Notes: generated from the letters alone by a model not told the origin. Positions 8,238-17,970 are shown, numbered from the stretch's first letter. The stretch is DNA of 64,000 nt from an uncultured Candidatus Micrarchaeota archaeon (GCA_903835385.1 CAILMQ010000015.1:1252-65251); one strand, 5' to 3'. A program made the numbers and translations.

Positions 8238-10228
8238 CTCTCCTTCTTGTATATTCCCCTGTGCACGAAGTCCGAGACGTCGACATTGAATATCACCAGG
8301 ACGTTCCCCGGGCCGGTGAACGGAATGCCGGATATGGTCGCCGCCTTGCGGTAGCGCACTTCGGTCCCCATTCTGATGCCGAATAGCTTGACATCAGCGC
8401 CCCCTCCTATCGTGGATTCGGTTTTGACTCCCAGCGGAGTCGGCTCCCCTCCGGAACTCTGCACGTAGTAGAACTTCATGGGGAATGACTCGCCCTTGGC
8501 AGTGCTCGGGGTTATCCCGACTCCGGCGCGCCAGACGAGGTCTGCCAGTGGCTGCGGATAATCAGGGCTGCCTTTCTTGAATTCGCCGCCTATGTCCGCC
8601 ACTATCATGACCGGCCCCAGGCCTTTCAGGCGGCCGATACCCAGGCCGCCGGCGCCTGTGAGCGAGAACGAATTGCTGGGGGTCAGGAAGGAGCCCCTGA
8701 GCGCGTAGTAGAGCGGAAGTTTCAGGTATCCCGCGGTCCTGCCGCTCGCATCCACAAAGGACGCCTCTATGAGCGCCTGCGTCTTGCCCATGTTCATGAG
8801 CCGCGCCTGCCCGGTCGAGTCCCCGCTTTCCACCACGTCGTACTGCGACAGTGCGCCGATGTCGAGCTGAAGCGTCGCGTAGTCCCACGGATGATATTTG
8901 CCTGTGGCTCCGAGGCGGGCCGCCATCTGCTTGCCGGTGTAGCCGGTCGGCTTCATTATCAGGGTGTATATGGTATTTCCATTGGCGTCGGTGCCCGGTT
9001 TCAACTCGGGCTGGTACTGCTGCGACGTGACATGCGACACCCAGGCATGCGGCCCGAGCGTGAGCTTTGCGTTTTTGAAGCGGAACAGCTCCAGGTCCCC
9101 CCCCATGGTAAGCACGGAAATGGGTATGCTTGTTATCATCTGCGGGCATATTTTCCTGACGCCGTCCAGGATGGCGGATTTCAGAACCGACCCGTCGGGC
9201 ATCAGGTTCATGGCTTCGAGATAATTGCCCCTGCGGATTTGGTTCATGACGTCAACGACCTGCTGCCTGCCGCCCTGGCCGCTCGTATCAGTGGCGATGA
9301 GCTGTGTCACCAGGTTCCAGCGGGGATCGGTGGCATTGGTGGCATTGAGGTCGCCGCTTTGCCCAGTGGTCGTATTCAGCCAGTTCATGATGACAGCATA
9401 GTATGTGGTGCCTGCCGTGCTGTTCCTGTTTGGCGCGAAGTAACCGAGGAACATGTCCTTGCTGGCATTGCTCATTGTCGCCACGTCGTTAGGCCCGAAC
9501 ATCCTGGGAAGCACGATGGTCGGGGTTATGTCCGGAGCCTTGGGAGCCGTGCCCACCAGGCGGAATTCCCTCGGAAGGAGGTTTATCTCGGTACGCAGGG
9601 TCTTCGCACTTGCGCTTTTGGAGGATACTTCCTTTTCGACAGCCCCTTCGGCGTGGGCGCTGCTTATTTCGACTTCCACTTCATCCCCTTTGTCCGGAAC
9701 CGGGGTTTTCTCTGCAATCGGCTTCAGCTCGGGCTCGGGTTTTTCCGCAGCCTGCGGTTTCGGAATCACCAATGGCGTGCTGTTCACGAACGAGAGTTCG
9801 GTTGCGGTCAGCCTGCGGCTTATGTCTTTGGCGGCCTTGGTTTTTTTGAGTGCGTCCCCGAATTGGTCGTAGAGCTTCTGTATCTCGAGCAGGTAGAGGA
9901 GCGGCGCCTTGGCGAACGTCTTCAGCGTGCCCATCGCCTCCTGTATCTCCTTGATTTCCGAGACGTCCACCGTGACGTATCCTTTCGGAGCACTTAGCAG
10001 GTAAAGGTCCAGGTGCTGGCTCGGGCTGAGCTTGTCGTATATTCCCCGCTCCGTTGCATCGAATTGCCTCTTCTGCTTGAGCGTCAGGTTCGTTGTGGCG
10101 AGGCGCGCGAGCACCGCGTTTATGTCGCCGAGGTTTTTCACCGGGTCGGCGGAAAGCCTGGTCAGCTCTGCCAGGTCCTTGTTCACATTGCTTACACTAC
10201 CGGCCTTAGCGACGGTTGTTGATCCCAT
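8234..10228 (-). CDS. hypothetical 664-aa protein: helical N-terminus, acidic/Pro linker, beta-rich C-terminal half
   Basis: Long ORF with AGGTGA SD 6 nt upstream of the ATG. No signal peptide or TM seen. The C-terminus shows alternating hydrophobic beta-strand patterns (GADVKLFGIRMGTEVRYRKAATISGIPF...VLVIFNVDVSDF). No family recognised. Confidence 0.65.
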   Translation of the reverse strand: MGSTTVAKAGSVSNVNKDLAELTRLSADPVKNLGDINAVLARLATTNLTLKQKRQFDATERGIYDKLSPSQHLDLYLLSAPKGYVTVDVSEIKEIQEAMGTLKTFAKAPLLYLLEIQKLYDQFGDALKKTKAAKDISRRLTATELSFVNSTPLVIPKPQAAEKPEPELKPIAEKTPVPDKGDEVEVEISSAHAEGAVEKEVSSKSASAKTLRTEINLLPREFRLVGTAPKAPDITPTIVLPRMFGPNDVATMSNASKDMFLGYFAPNRNSTAGTTYYAVIMNWLNTTTGQSGDLNATNATDPRWNLVTQLIATDTSGQGGRQQVVDVMNQIRRGNYLEAMNLMPDGSVLKSAILDGVRKICPQMITSIPISVLTMGGDLELFRFKNAKLTLGPHAWVSHVTSQQYQPELKPGTDANGNTIYTLIMKPTGYTGKQMAARLGATGKYHPWDYATLQLDIGALSQYDVVESGDSTGQARLMNMGKTQALIEASFVDASGRTAGYLKLPLYYALRGSFLTPSNSFSLTGAGGLGIGRLKGLGPVMIVADIGGEFKKGSPDYPQPLADLVWRAGVGITPSTAKGESFPMKFYYVQSSGGEPTPLGVKTESTIGGGADVKLFGIRMGTEVRYRKAATISGIPFTGPGNVLVIFNVDVSDFVHRGIYKKER

Positions 10229-10394
10229 ATATAGTCACCTTTTAGAGAGTGAAAGCTACTGGAACGAGCGCGCTGACTAGCGGCGCCCTGGTATTGCCGA
10301 ATACCGTCGCTGGTGTCGAAAGGCTTGCAAACAACGCAGTTGCTGCCATCGCTTTCGCGGTTTTTTCTCTCCATCCCATTCATATCACCATGCA

Positions 10395-13300
10395 TCATTT
10401 CATTTTGAGTTTCCTGTGCTCGTACTCGTTCATGTACACGCCGGGCGGCCTGTCGTGCCCCCCGTTCGTAAGCTGCCTGGAGAAACTGTAGGAGGTCTGG
10501 TCCGGCCCGAGCTTTTTCGCCAGCTCGTCGCCGTCAAGGCGCACCCGGAACGCGTCCCGCAGCCATGGCACGCTGACTTCCGTGAAATGGAACTTGAATT
10601 CCGGCGCGTCTGTTTTCGGGTTCGGAACCACTTCGTAGACGTGCTCGAACACGAATCTCCTTATTCCTTTCTTTTCGAGTTCCGCGTCCGACGTCCTGGA
10701 AGCTGGGCCGTAGTCGTTCCATCCGGATTGCGCGTCAATGAATCCGACGAGCGCGCTCCTCTTATAGTCCCATTTCACATAGAAATACGCGGCCCTGCTG
10801 CTGTCGTCGCTGAGCCTCGCGATGGCCTTGACGCCGTGGGCCGTCTCGTTGTTGGACATCGCATAATAGCAGTGCACGGGGGACTTCATGTCTTCCTCGT
10901 ACGCCATGTAGGAGAACATCTTGCCTTTGAAAAGCGGCGCAAGCGGCGTCTTCGCGGACCATGACAGTACTGCGAACCTCTTGTCCTGGTTTTCGTAGTT
11001 GGGCCTGTCCATGGCGATTGAATACGCCACCTCGCTGGCCTCTGTTGGCTTCGGCACGGGCGGCACCACCGCCGGCTTCGCCGCCTTGTCCGCATCCTGA
11101 AGGTCCCGGACCGCAGTGGTGAGCAGCTGTATCGCCCTCACCGGGTTGGCCCACGCGCCGTCCACGGAACCGCTGCTAAGGTCTGCGGGCGTGTTGCGCC
11201 TGTAAACCGCGGCAAGGCCTCCCTTGCCGTCCTCTCCCATCACCAGCTTGTACTTGGCCCATGCGCGCTCGTGGAGAAGCCTGACCACGGGGTCGGTTTT
11301 CTCCGCCTCCACTATGCGCGCGGTGGCTCCGGACCCGTCCTGTTTCCTCTTCACCGTGTCCCATGCTGACGCGAGCTGGGACAGGACGTCGAGCAATGCT
11401 TCGTTGCCTGCTTCGACCGGCACGGCGTACTGCGCCTTGAGCGACGCCGGGGAAACCCTCAGCTGCCTCATGTCTATATTGGCGTATGCTTTTGCAACTG
11501 CGGCCTCGGCACGGACGACCGGCTTGAGATTGAGCTCCGGGAACGCGTATCCCTGCCTCTTGAGACCGGCCACGAACGGGGCCCAGACATCTTCGATGTA
11601 CGGCAGCATGCCCCTTGAAAGGTCGTCTATGGCTGCCGTGTCCGCATTCCTGCGGTAGCGCTGCTCTGTGCGCTTGAGCCCCTGCGGAACGGAATCGTCC
11701 ATGAGCTGGAGGGCCGCGGACCTGCCGGATTTGTCAGAAATCGAATCCAGCCAGGGGAAAAAGAGCGGCTTCCTTGCGCCCAGCGCTGCGACCAGTACGC
11801 TCTCCTTGTCGCGCAGGGACCCGTAAACGTCACTCACGTAGTCCTTCCTCTGCGCCGCAGAAATGTCTTGCCTGACGGTGCCGAGGAATACGATGTGTTC
11901 CCATCCAAGGAACGAGTTCTCCATGTTTATCATTGAGTGCGGATATACCGTCACAAGCGATTCCAGCGTGATGTCCGTCATGGTGGCGGAGTGGGCGTCC
12001 AGGTGGTCGGGATTGCCGAATGCGAGCCTGAACAGTTTCATCTCCGCCTCATAGGCGGCCTTCGCGTTCTGGAACTGGGGCGTGCCTTCCACGCCGGGCA
12101 CGAGCTTTGATGCCTTTTCGAGCGCGCTCTCTTTCTCCTGAAGGGCGAGCATGTGCGCGACACCGGCTTCCAGCGCCTCGCTGAGGCGGAACATCTCGTC
12201 CGGCGTGGTTCCCTTGGCCTGCGAAGCGCTCTTGCAGCGCTCTATGAGCTTGGCCACGGTGTCAAGAATCGGGCCCTTTTTCGCATTCCTCACCGCGTCC
12301 TCGGCATAGCCTATGAACTCGTCCAGGTCCTCCCTGGCAACCACCGGGGGGTCTTTTGTGAGGTTAGGGCTGGTGTTGGAGTGGTGTTCCCACCTGGCTT
12401 TGAGGAGGAACCGCGTCACCCTCGGGTCGATGACCTCGCCCGCCGCGGCGTTCTTCTCGAGTATGTGTTCGAGCGCCATCATGGCGTTCTTGCGCGCGTC
12501 TTCGGGTTTCTTTGTGGAGAGCAGGCTCGCCAGGTAGTAATTCAGCTCCTTCACTGCGGCAGCGTAGACTTTCTTGTCCCCGTGATTGCGCTTGTATTCC
12601 TCGGCCGCCGCCCTCGCCTCGGTGAGCGCCTGGAGCGCGCTCGCCCAGCTCTCGAGCCTTACCACGGCCATGCCTGGCACGGTCGTGCCTGGCGCACGGG
12701 CGTTGTTGGCCTCGTCCACGAGCTGCCGTATCGCCGTGACGCTGTCCCTCTTCAAATCGTATTTCTTGGCCTTGCTCGTTTTTTTGCCGTGAACGTTATC
12801 CTTATACCTGAGCGTGTATGAGCCTGTGAAATAAGACGCACTGATGCCGTCTATGACCTGTTCGCCTATGGCGCTGGCAAGGGCCCGCTGCTGTTCCGTA
12901 ATGCCCTCCTGGTAGGATGCGAACCTGGCGGACCGGTCGGCACTGGCCGCGGTTTCGGACTCTTCACTTCCGATTGTTTGGAGCCTCGGCACTGCCGATA
13001 GTTTTTTTCCGGTTTCCGCCCCGGCAGCTTCCCTTTTCGCTGCGGCCCTGGCGTCTTCAATTGACGCCGAAAGGACCCCGGCCCTGCGCCGTGCCGCTTC
13101 CACCTGCGCTTCCCTGTCATTGGCTGCGATTGCAGCTTTTGCCGGTGCTGAGGGCCTGGCAGCAGCTTCGTACTCTTTCTCCGATGCAGCGAGATCGCTC
13201 TCGAGCTTGGCAACCTGTGCTCTCGGTGAAGCGCCCAAAATCTCACCCTTAAGGACACGGTTGGCGGTCCCGAACACGCTCACGAAGCGCGCCGTGGGGC

Positions 13301-13526
13301 TGCCGCCCTTTGCGATACCGAGCTGTGCCAGGACGACGGTAAGTTCCACCACCTGCGGCATGTTCGGGGTTATCCCCTGGAGCCCTTTGGGAATGCTGGA
13401 ATCCATGGTAGAAAGAAGCGTTTTTATGCCGGCCCATTGTTCCTGCGCCATTTTTACGAGTGCGAGTTTTCCAGCCGCCTCTGCTTCCCCATCTGTTTTT
13501 GCCTGAGCAAATGCCTGTCTAGCCAC
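10395..13526 (-). CDS. hypothetical giant mostly alpha-helical protein (about 1044 aa; ORF open to 13721 = 1108 aa)
   Basis: Uninterrupted ORF 10395..13721. I favour the GTG at 13526, preceded by GAGGTG with a 6-nt spacer and a TATA-like ATTTATAAG at 13569-13577. Ala/Glu/Lys-rich helical body. Distinct beta-rich C-terminal ~230 aa after a Pro-rich linker. No family recognised. Confidence 0.65.
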   Translation of the reverse strand: MARQAFAQAKTDGEAEAAGKLALVKMAQEQWAGIKTLLSTMDSSIPKGLQGITPNMPQVVELTVVLAQLGIAKGGSPTARFVSVFGTANRVLKGEILGASPRAQVAKLESDLAASEKEYEAAARPSAPAKAAIAANDREAQVEAARRRAGVLSASIEDARAAAKREAAGAETGKKLSAVPRLQTIGSEESETAASADRSARFASYQEGITEQQRALASAIGEQVIDGISASYFTGSYTLRYKDNVHGKKTSKAKKYDLKRDSVTAIRQLVDEANNARAPGTTVPGMAVVRLESWASALQALTEARAAAEEYKRNHGDKKVYAAAVKELNYYLASLLSTKKPEDARKNAMMALEHILEKNAAAGEVIDPRVTRFLLKARWEHHSNTSPNLTKDPPVVAREDLDEFIGYAEDAVRNAKKGPILDTVAKLIERCKSASQAKGTTPDEMFRLSEALEAGVAHMLALQEKESALEKASKLVPGVEGTPQFQNAKAAYEAEMKLFRLAFGNPDHLDAHSATMTDITLESLVTVYPHSMINMENSFLGWEHIVFLGTVRQDISAAQRKDYVSDVYGSLRDKESVLVAALGARKPLFFPWLDSISDKSGRSAALQLMDDSVPQGLKRTEQRYRRNADTAAIDDLSRGMLPYIEDVWAPFVAGLKRQGYAFPELNLKPVVRAEAAVAKAYANIDMRQLRVSPASLKAQYAVPVEAGNEALLDVLSQLASAWDTVKRKQDGSGATARIVEAEKTDPVVRLLHERAWAKYKLVMGEDGKGGLAAVYRRNTPADLSSGSVDGAWANPVRAIQLLTTAVRDLQDADKAAKPAVVPPVPKPTEASEVAYSIAMDRPNYENQDKRFAVLSWSAKTPLAPLFKGKMFSYMAYEEDMKSPVHCYYAMSNNETAHGVKAIARLSDDSSRAAYFYVKWDYKRSALVGFIDAQSGWNDYGPASRTSDAELEKKGIRRFVFEHVYEVVPNPKTDAPEFKFHFTEVSVPWLRDAFRVRLDGDELAKKLGPDQTSYSFSRQLTNGGHDRPPGVYMNEYEHRKLKMK

Positions 13527-13568
13527 AGAGAACACCTCGTTTCTATTCTTTGTATTACCCCGACAACC

Positions 13569-13577
13569 CTTATAAAT
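13569..13577 (-). promoter_or_regulatory. candidate TATA box for the three-gene ORFan operon
   Basis: Minus strand ATTTATAAG, about 45 nt upstream of the proposed GTG start and about 25 nt upstream of the SD-containing leader. Confidence 0.35.
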
Positions 13578-13825
13578 CTGCTCAGGGAGGGGCAGGGTGC
13601 AGAAAAGCGCCACAGTGACAACCAACTGCCTAAACGTATGCCTGGGCCTGCCAGTCTTCCGGTACGGACTGCCCAAAGTAATGCTCCCTGCCTCTCCCAT
13701 TATTACACCACGATATTCCATTTATAACGAATATTTTAAAAAGGTGCTGCCGAATACACTAATGTAGAATAAGGATAACTTTAGGAATAAGTGTTTATAA
13801 ACGGATATCCCGCGGCGCCCTGCGC

Positions 13826-13990
13826 CTAGGATTTTTCGTCGCTCAGGAGGCGCTTCACGTCATCCTTCCGCTCGCGGAAGCACCTGTCGCAGAACACGTA
13901 GCTGTACCCGATGAGGCTCTTTCCGAAAACCGTTTCCTTTTCCGAGAGCGCCTTCCCGCAGAGGTTGCACGCCCTATCGCCATCAAACAT
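13826..13990 (-). CDS. small zinc-ribbon protein (54 aa from MFDGDRACNLCG)
   Basis: CNLC...CDRC pair of CxxC knuckles. The longer 99-aa ORF form has an implausible N-terminus running toward the tRNA gene. Confidence 0.4.
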   Translation of the reverse strand: MFDGDRACNLCGKALSEKETVFGKSLIGYSYVFCDRCFRERKDDVKRLLSDEKS

Positions 13991-14129
13991 TCCATACACC
14001 GAAGGTGCGTTACACAAAGAAGTAATATAATGGCATAGGGCGGAGCGCGCCCTGGTTTTCAAGCCGGAGGAAAGAGAATGATTATAATGGTAAGCGAGTA
14101 GAAACACAATTCGCATTCGTTCCATTTAG

Positions 14130-14314
14130 GCAGGGGTGGCGGAGTTTTATCCATTCGTGGATAGACCGTAACGGCCAAACGCGTCAGGTTCAGGTGGCTT
14201 TTTGCTCCTCGTTATCCGAGGGCAAAAACCCAGGAAAAAGGTCCTGAGTTCTTCTCGGGCCTTCCGAAGCCTGATGGCTTAGTGCCTTCAGGAGTTCAAA
14301 TCTCCTCCCCTGCA
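14130..14314 (+). tRNA. tRNA-Leu(CAG), interrupted by about 100 nt of intervening sequence (D-loop insert and long anticodon-loop intron)
   Basis: Acceptor GCAGGGG/CCCCTGC plus A73. T-arm AGGAG-TTCAAAT-CTCCT. D-arm GCG...GGCCAAA-CGC split by a ~27-nt insert containing hairpin TATCCA-TTCG-TGGATA. Anticodon stem TCAGG/CCTGA with loop TTCAGG. Long variable arm TGGCTTAGTGCCTTC. Followed by CTTTTT. Confidence 0.75.
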
Positions 14315-14458
14315 CTTTTTCTCCTCCGCCAGTACGAAGCCAGTACGAAGATTTACATACCTATCACACGCTAATTAGCCCCAAGATAGCCTAGCTGTTT
14401 TGAGCCGGGCCGTCTTTTAAGGCGCAAAAAGCGCCTGGAAAAAAAATAGGTGAAATGA

Positions 14459-14599
14459 ATGGCATATGAAGGAGAAGACAGGCAGATGTATGATGCAGTT
14501 TGTGCGAAGTGCGGGCAGCCGTGTCAGGTTCCATTTAAACCGACCGAAGGAAGGCCGGTTTACTGCAGGAACTGCTACAAGCCGAAACCGAGATTCTGA
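14459..14599 (+). CDS. CxxC-x17-CxxC small zinc-binding protein (46 aa)
   Basis: Below the ORF-track cutoff. Hand translation gives MAYEGEDRQMYDAVCAKCGQPCQVPFKPTEGRPVYCRNCYKPKPRF. GGTGA SD lies 6 nt upstream. Matches the widespread CxxC-x17-CxxC mini-protein pattern. Confidence 0.6.
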   Translation: MAYEGEDRQMYDAVCAKCGQPCQVPFKPTEGRPVYCRNCYKPKPRF

Positions 14600-14632
14600 A
14601 AACCCGCCAAAATTGGGCTTGACGAATTTCCG

Positions 14633-15292
14633 TTAATTTTTTTGGGTTTTTGACTTTTTTTCAGCGTTCCCGCGGTCCTGGGAGTGATGGGGCGCGCTCG
14701 CCTGGGTGTTTCCGGACGCGAGTCTGAGCCTGAGTTCGGCGTTCTGGCCCGCTATCCTGAGTTTCTCTTTCACGTTTTCCCAGCACGAGGAGACTTGCAG
14801 CAAGGGCCCCAAATCCATTGACTGGGCTGCCGCACTGTCCAATTTGTACGTGCCTGCCGGAATCATGCGGCCGGATTCGTCGGTTTTGAATGTGACCGTG
14901 CCTGACCGGTATCCTTCGGCATAGTTCATGCCTATCATATACGGGATGGGAGCCCCGAAACGGGCTGCCAGCTGAATGTCCTCGGGGGTTTCCCTTATTT
15001 TCGTGGTGCGGAACTCAACGCCTTTTTCGGTCCTGCCCACGAGCTCGAGGCCTGTCTCATCAGAACACAGTATCCCGACATTATCTTCGTTTGCAGTCTT
15101 TCCCTTTTTTACGGCCATCACGGCCGCTATCGCACCCACGGCAATGACGCCTATGGTCGCGTAAAGGCCGGTCCTGGACCTGTGCTCTTCGGACAGGGGC
15201 CCTATGCACCTCAGGCTTTTCTCCAGGGCCCTGCGCTCCTTATTGCTCAGCGGCCTTACTCCGGCACCGGTATGAACGTCTTTGAAGGTCAT
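14633..15292 (-). CDS. hypothetical single-pass membrane protein
   Basis: 219 aa. One TM (LYATIGVIAVGAIAAVMAV) and a basic C-terminal tail. No family recognised. Confidence 0.5.
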   Translation of the reverse strand: MTFKDVHTGAGVRPLSNKERRALEKSLRCIGPLSEEHRSRTGLYATIGVIAVGAIAAVMAVKKGKTANEDNVGILCSDETGLELVGRTEKGVEFRTTKIRETPEDIQLAARFGAPIPYMIGMNYAEGYRSGTVTFKTDESGRMIPAGTYKLDSAAAQSMDLGPLLQVSSCWENVKEKLRIAGQNAELRLRLASGNTQASAPHHSQDRGNAEKKSKTQKN

Positions 15293-15351
15293 ACTAGTAT
15301 TATGTGCAAAAGTGTTTATAAATATACGCTTTTTTACACTTTCTATTACAT

Positions 15352-16071
15352 TTAGGAGCCTGGAGCCACCCCGAACAGCCCCATCGCAAGCTTCGTCTCT
15401 TCAATCGTCATCTGGCCCGGAGCCACTTCCCCTGAAAGCGAGCAGTAGGTGAAAGGCGAGCCGAACAGGAGGGAAGCGACGCGCGTCATCTTCCCATGCT
15501 GGCCCATGGCGAACGCTGCAAGTGTCACACGCCTGCTTTCCGCTATCTTGAGCAGGCGAAGGACGTCTATGCAGTCGTCGGCGCTTTTCGCCATGGTCGC
15601 GATTTTCACGATGCCGCCCAGCTCCGCGGCCTCTTCCAGCCATTTGACAAGCACGCTCATGCTCGGCGTGCTTTCAAACGAGTGTTTTGACACTATGGTC
15701 CGGCAGCCTTTGCGCTCTGCCATCCTCCTCATGCGTTGTATCGCCTCTGCGCCGGTATCAAGCTCTACGTCCACATAGGCGGCGCCTGCAACGATTGCCA
15801 GCTCGAGCATCTCCAGCCTTTTGCGTTCCAGGCCCCTGTACTGGCCGCCGTCGCGTTCTTTCCTGCAGGTCGCGAATACCGGAAGCGCGCTCTGCCGGAT
15901 TATCCCGCTTATGCTGGGCTCGTAATCAAGAAAATCTATCCTCACCTCTGCAAAATCCGCGCCCTGCTGCCTGGCGGTTCTGGTCGCGGCTACGCACGCG
16001 TCCACGCTTCTCTTGTTTATGCAGGCTACGATTGCCATGTTAATCGGCCTTTTCATTTTTTTCATACCCAC
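15352..16071 (-). CDS. aroD: 3-dehydroquinate dehydratase, type I
   Basis: 239 aa. ADFAEVRIDFL, VDVEL, IVSKHSFESTP, VKIATMA (catalytic Lys region), AFAMG. The start may be the internal Met at 16038. Confidence 0.8.
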   Translation of the reverse strand: MGMKKMKRPINMAIVACINKRSVDACVAATRTARQQGADFAEVRIDFLDYEPSISGIIRQSALPVFATCRKERDGGQYRGLERKRLEMLELAIVAGAAYVDVELDTGAEAIQRMRRMAERKGCRTIVSKHSFESTPSMSVLVKWLEEAAELGGIVKIATMAKSADDCIDVLRLLKIAESRRVTLAAFAMGQHGKMTRVASLLFGSPFTYCSLSGEVAPGQMTIEETKLAMGLFGVAPGS

Positions 16072-16150
16072 AGTAGTATATGACCTTAAACTTTTAAACC
16101 CAACTATATATTGATATTACAACAACTTAAGCTTCACTGGCTGGTCTCTC

Positions 16151-17155
16151 ATGAACCTCGTATCCAAGGAAAATGGCGGGAACCTCGTCGTAGGGGAAAC
16201 GTTCAGGGGCAAGGCGAATCTCGCGAAAAGGCTCCATGCCACCACCCTGCGGCAGGGCCTGTTCGAGCATGCGCAAGGGCTCGCAAGAAAAGGCGCCGAC
16301 AGGATACAACGGATAGAGGATGCCGTGATTCTCAGAACCAAGGGGGAATACGCCATCGGAAAGCTGCTTTATTTAGAAGAGATGCACGGCGTGAGGGTGG
16401 GGCTTGTTGACGTGATTGAAGCCACTCCGATGGCTCCGCCGCTGGCGATATGCGTGCCGGATGTGCCGATGCTGTTCTTCTCCATAAACCCGCTTTTTGG
16501 GGATGATAAAAGCGCGGCGTGCTATCTTGAACTGCTGGGTGGCAAGGAGTTTTGCTATGGCAGGGAAAACACGCCGCATGTCCTGCCCCAAGCCATAAGG
16601 CGGGACCAGATGGAAACACAGGCACTGATGCGGCTCTGCAATGACACCGAAGCAGGCCTCATTGAATTGTACCTTGCATACCATAACTTTGCGAGGTTCA
16701 TGCACACGCTGCCCGACCAGAGCGAAAGGGGACTGGCCACTGGGTTCATAGAGGCGCATCTCCGCTACCAGCTCGCAATATCCCTTTTCATGTGCCATGA
16801 CCGCGCCCGCAGCGGAAAGGACCGGGAGGACCAGGCTGAGCTCATGGAAGAGGCGACCGCCGCGGCCATGCTGCTCTCGCATCCCAATTTCACGGTGGCA
16901 AAAATCATAGACCACGAGTGGGCCGTGGATGACGGTTCCCTGATTGATGGCGAGGTCGGCTTCGTCAAACGGCTTTTCCAGGGCCTTAAAAACCCCGAGA
17001 TGTTCAAGATGCCTTCGTCCGACATGGTGCTCTTTTCCCTTGAGTTCCTAACCGGCTGCCTCGGGAGAAATGAAGCTGGCGACAGGCTGTGGAACATGGA
17101 GCATCAGATTAGGGAGATTTCAAACGTGATATTCCGCGATTCCGGCACGGGTTAG
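16151..17155 (+). CDS. hypothetical protein
   Basis: 334-aa ORF with coding-like composition. No recognisable motif. Confidence 0.5.
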   Translation: MNLVSKENGGNLVVGETFRGKANLAKRLHATTLRQGLFEHAQGLARKGADRIQRIEDAVILRTKGEYAIGKLLYLEEMHGVRVGLVDVIEATPMAPPLAICVPDVPMLFFSINPLFGDDKSAACYLELLGGKEFCYGRENTPHVLPQAIRRDQMETQALMRLCNDTEAGLIELYLAYHNFARFMHTLPDQSERGLATGFIEAHLRYQLAISLFMCHDRARSGKDREDQAELMEEATAAAMLLSHPNFTVAKIIDHEWAVDDGSLIDGEVGFVKRLFQGLKNPEMFKMPSSDMVLFSLEFLTGCLGRNEAGDRLWNMEHQIREISNVIFRDSGTG

Positions 17156-17259
17156 GCGCGGAGCCGTATTTTGATATATACATGTATTACCGTAAATAAG
17201 CACGTTTATAAATATAACCCGGCATAATACCCCATATACGCAGAGGCAGGTGCACGCTC

Positions 17260-17949
17260 ATGAAAACCACTCCGACACAAAGACTCGTCAAAAAAGCGAT
17301 TGCCAGGACAAGGAAGACCGGCTTCAGGCGAACCCATATTTCACTGGAACTGCTAAGGACAGAGCTGGCGGGCTGGAAAGGAGAGGCCGAAGGCGATGGG
17401 AAGCGTTCGGTTTCCAGTGCTGTTGCAACTGTGCGGAGAGACCACAAGAGGGATACCGAGGAAATAGAACGCAAGAGGGAGCATGCAACCGCAGATTCCC
17501 GGATGCCTTTGGGGGGCGATACGGTTGAACAGGTAGGTAAGGTTCACGTGATACCAATCAGTGAGGGAGGCAGATACGTAAGAGGCATGGATGTGAGGAT
17601 CACATCCGACAATACCCCGGAGTTCATGATCCAGACGACGCCTAAAAGAACCTATGAACGCAGGGCACTGAAACGTTACTTCCTGGCATTCGATTTGGCA
17701 GCCGCTGTGACTTTCGTGGCTGGCGCGGCCAGGCATTTGAGTAACTATAGAAATGCCGCATACACGCTGCTTGCAGGGGCCATTGCAGTCGCAGCAACGA
17801 AAGCATTTAACGGGATTCTTAGGTCTGACTTGTTCACCCTTGAGGAATTCAATCGCAGGGTGGTGAAAGCCAGCGGCGCCGTGGAGTCCGCCCTGAAAAG
17901 CATTGAACGGGAAATTGAAGGCAGTGCAACCACGGATGCGAAAAAGTAA
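17260..17949 (+). CDS. hypothetical membrane protein with basic N-terminal region
   Basis: 229 aa. Two hydrophobic helices (YFLAFDLAAAVTFVAGAA, AYTLLAGAIAVAATKAF). Confidence 0.5.
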   Translation: MKTTPTQRLVKKAIARTRKTGFRRTHISLELLRTELAGWKGEAEGDGKRSVSSAVATVRRDHKRDTEEIERKREHATADSRMPLGGDTVEQVGKVHVIPISEGGRYVRGMDVRITSDNTPEFMIQTTPKRTYERRALKRYFLAFDLAAAVTFVAGAARHLSNYRNAAYTLLAGAIAVAATKAFNGILRSDLFTLEEFNRRVVKASGAVESALKSIEREIEGSATTDAKK

Positions 17950-17970
17950 GAGTAGCCTGGCAACTTGTTT

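Noticed and set aside
5220-14314. Integrated mobile element or provirus adjacent to tRNA-Leu
   Set aside because: No integrase, no direct repeat of the tRNA 3-prime end, no capsid, terminase or replication signatures, and composition matching the surrounding chromosome.
14331-14352. Tandem 11-nt duplication ccagtacgaag-ccagtacgaag downstream of tRNA-Leu
   Set aside because: A single short duplication in an intergenic region with no associated structure or ORF. Probably a slippage product of no clear significance.
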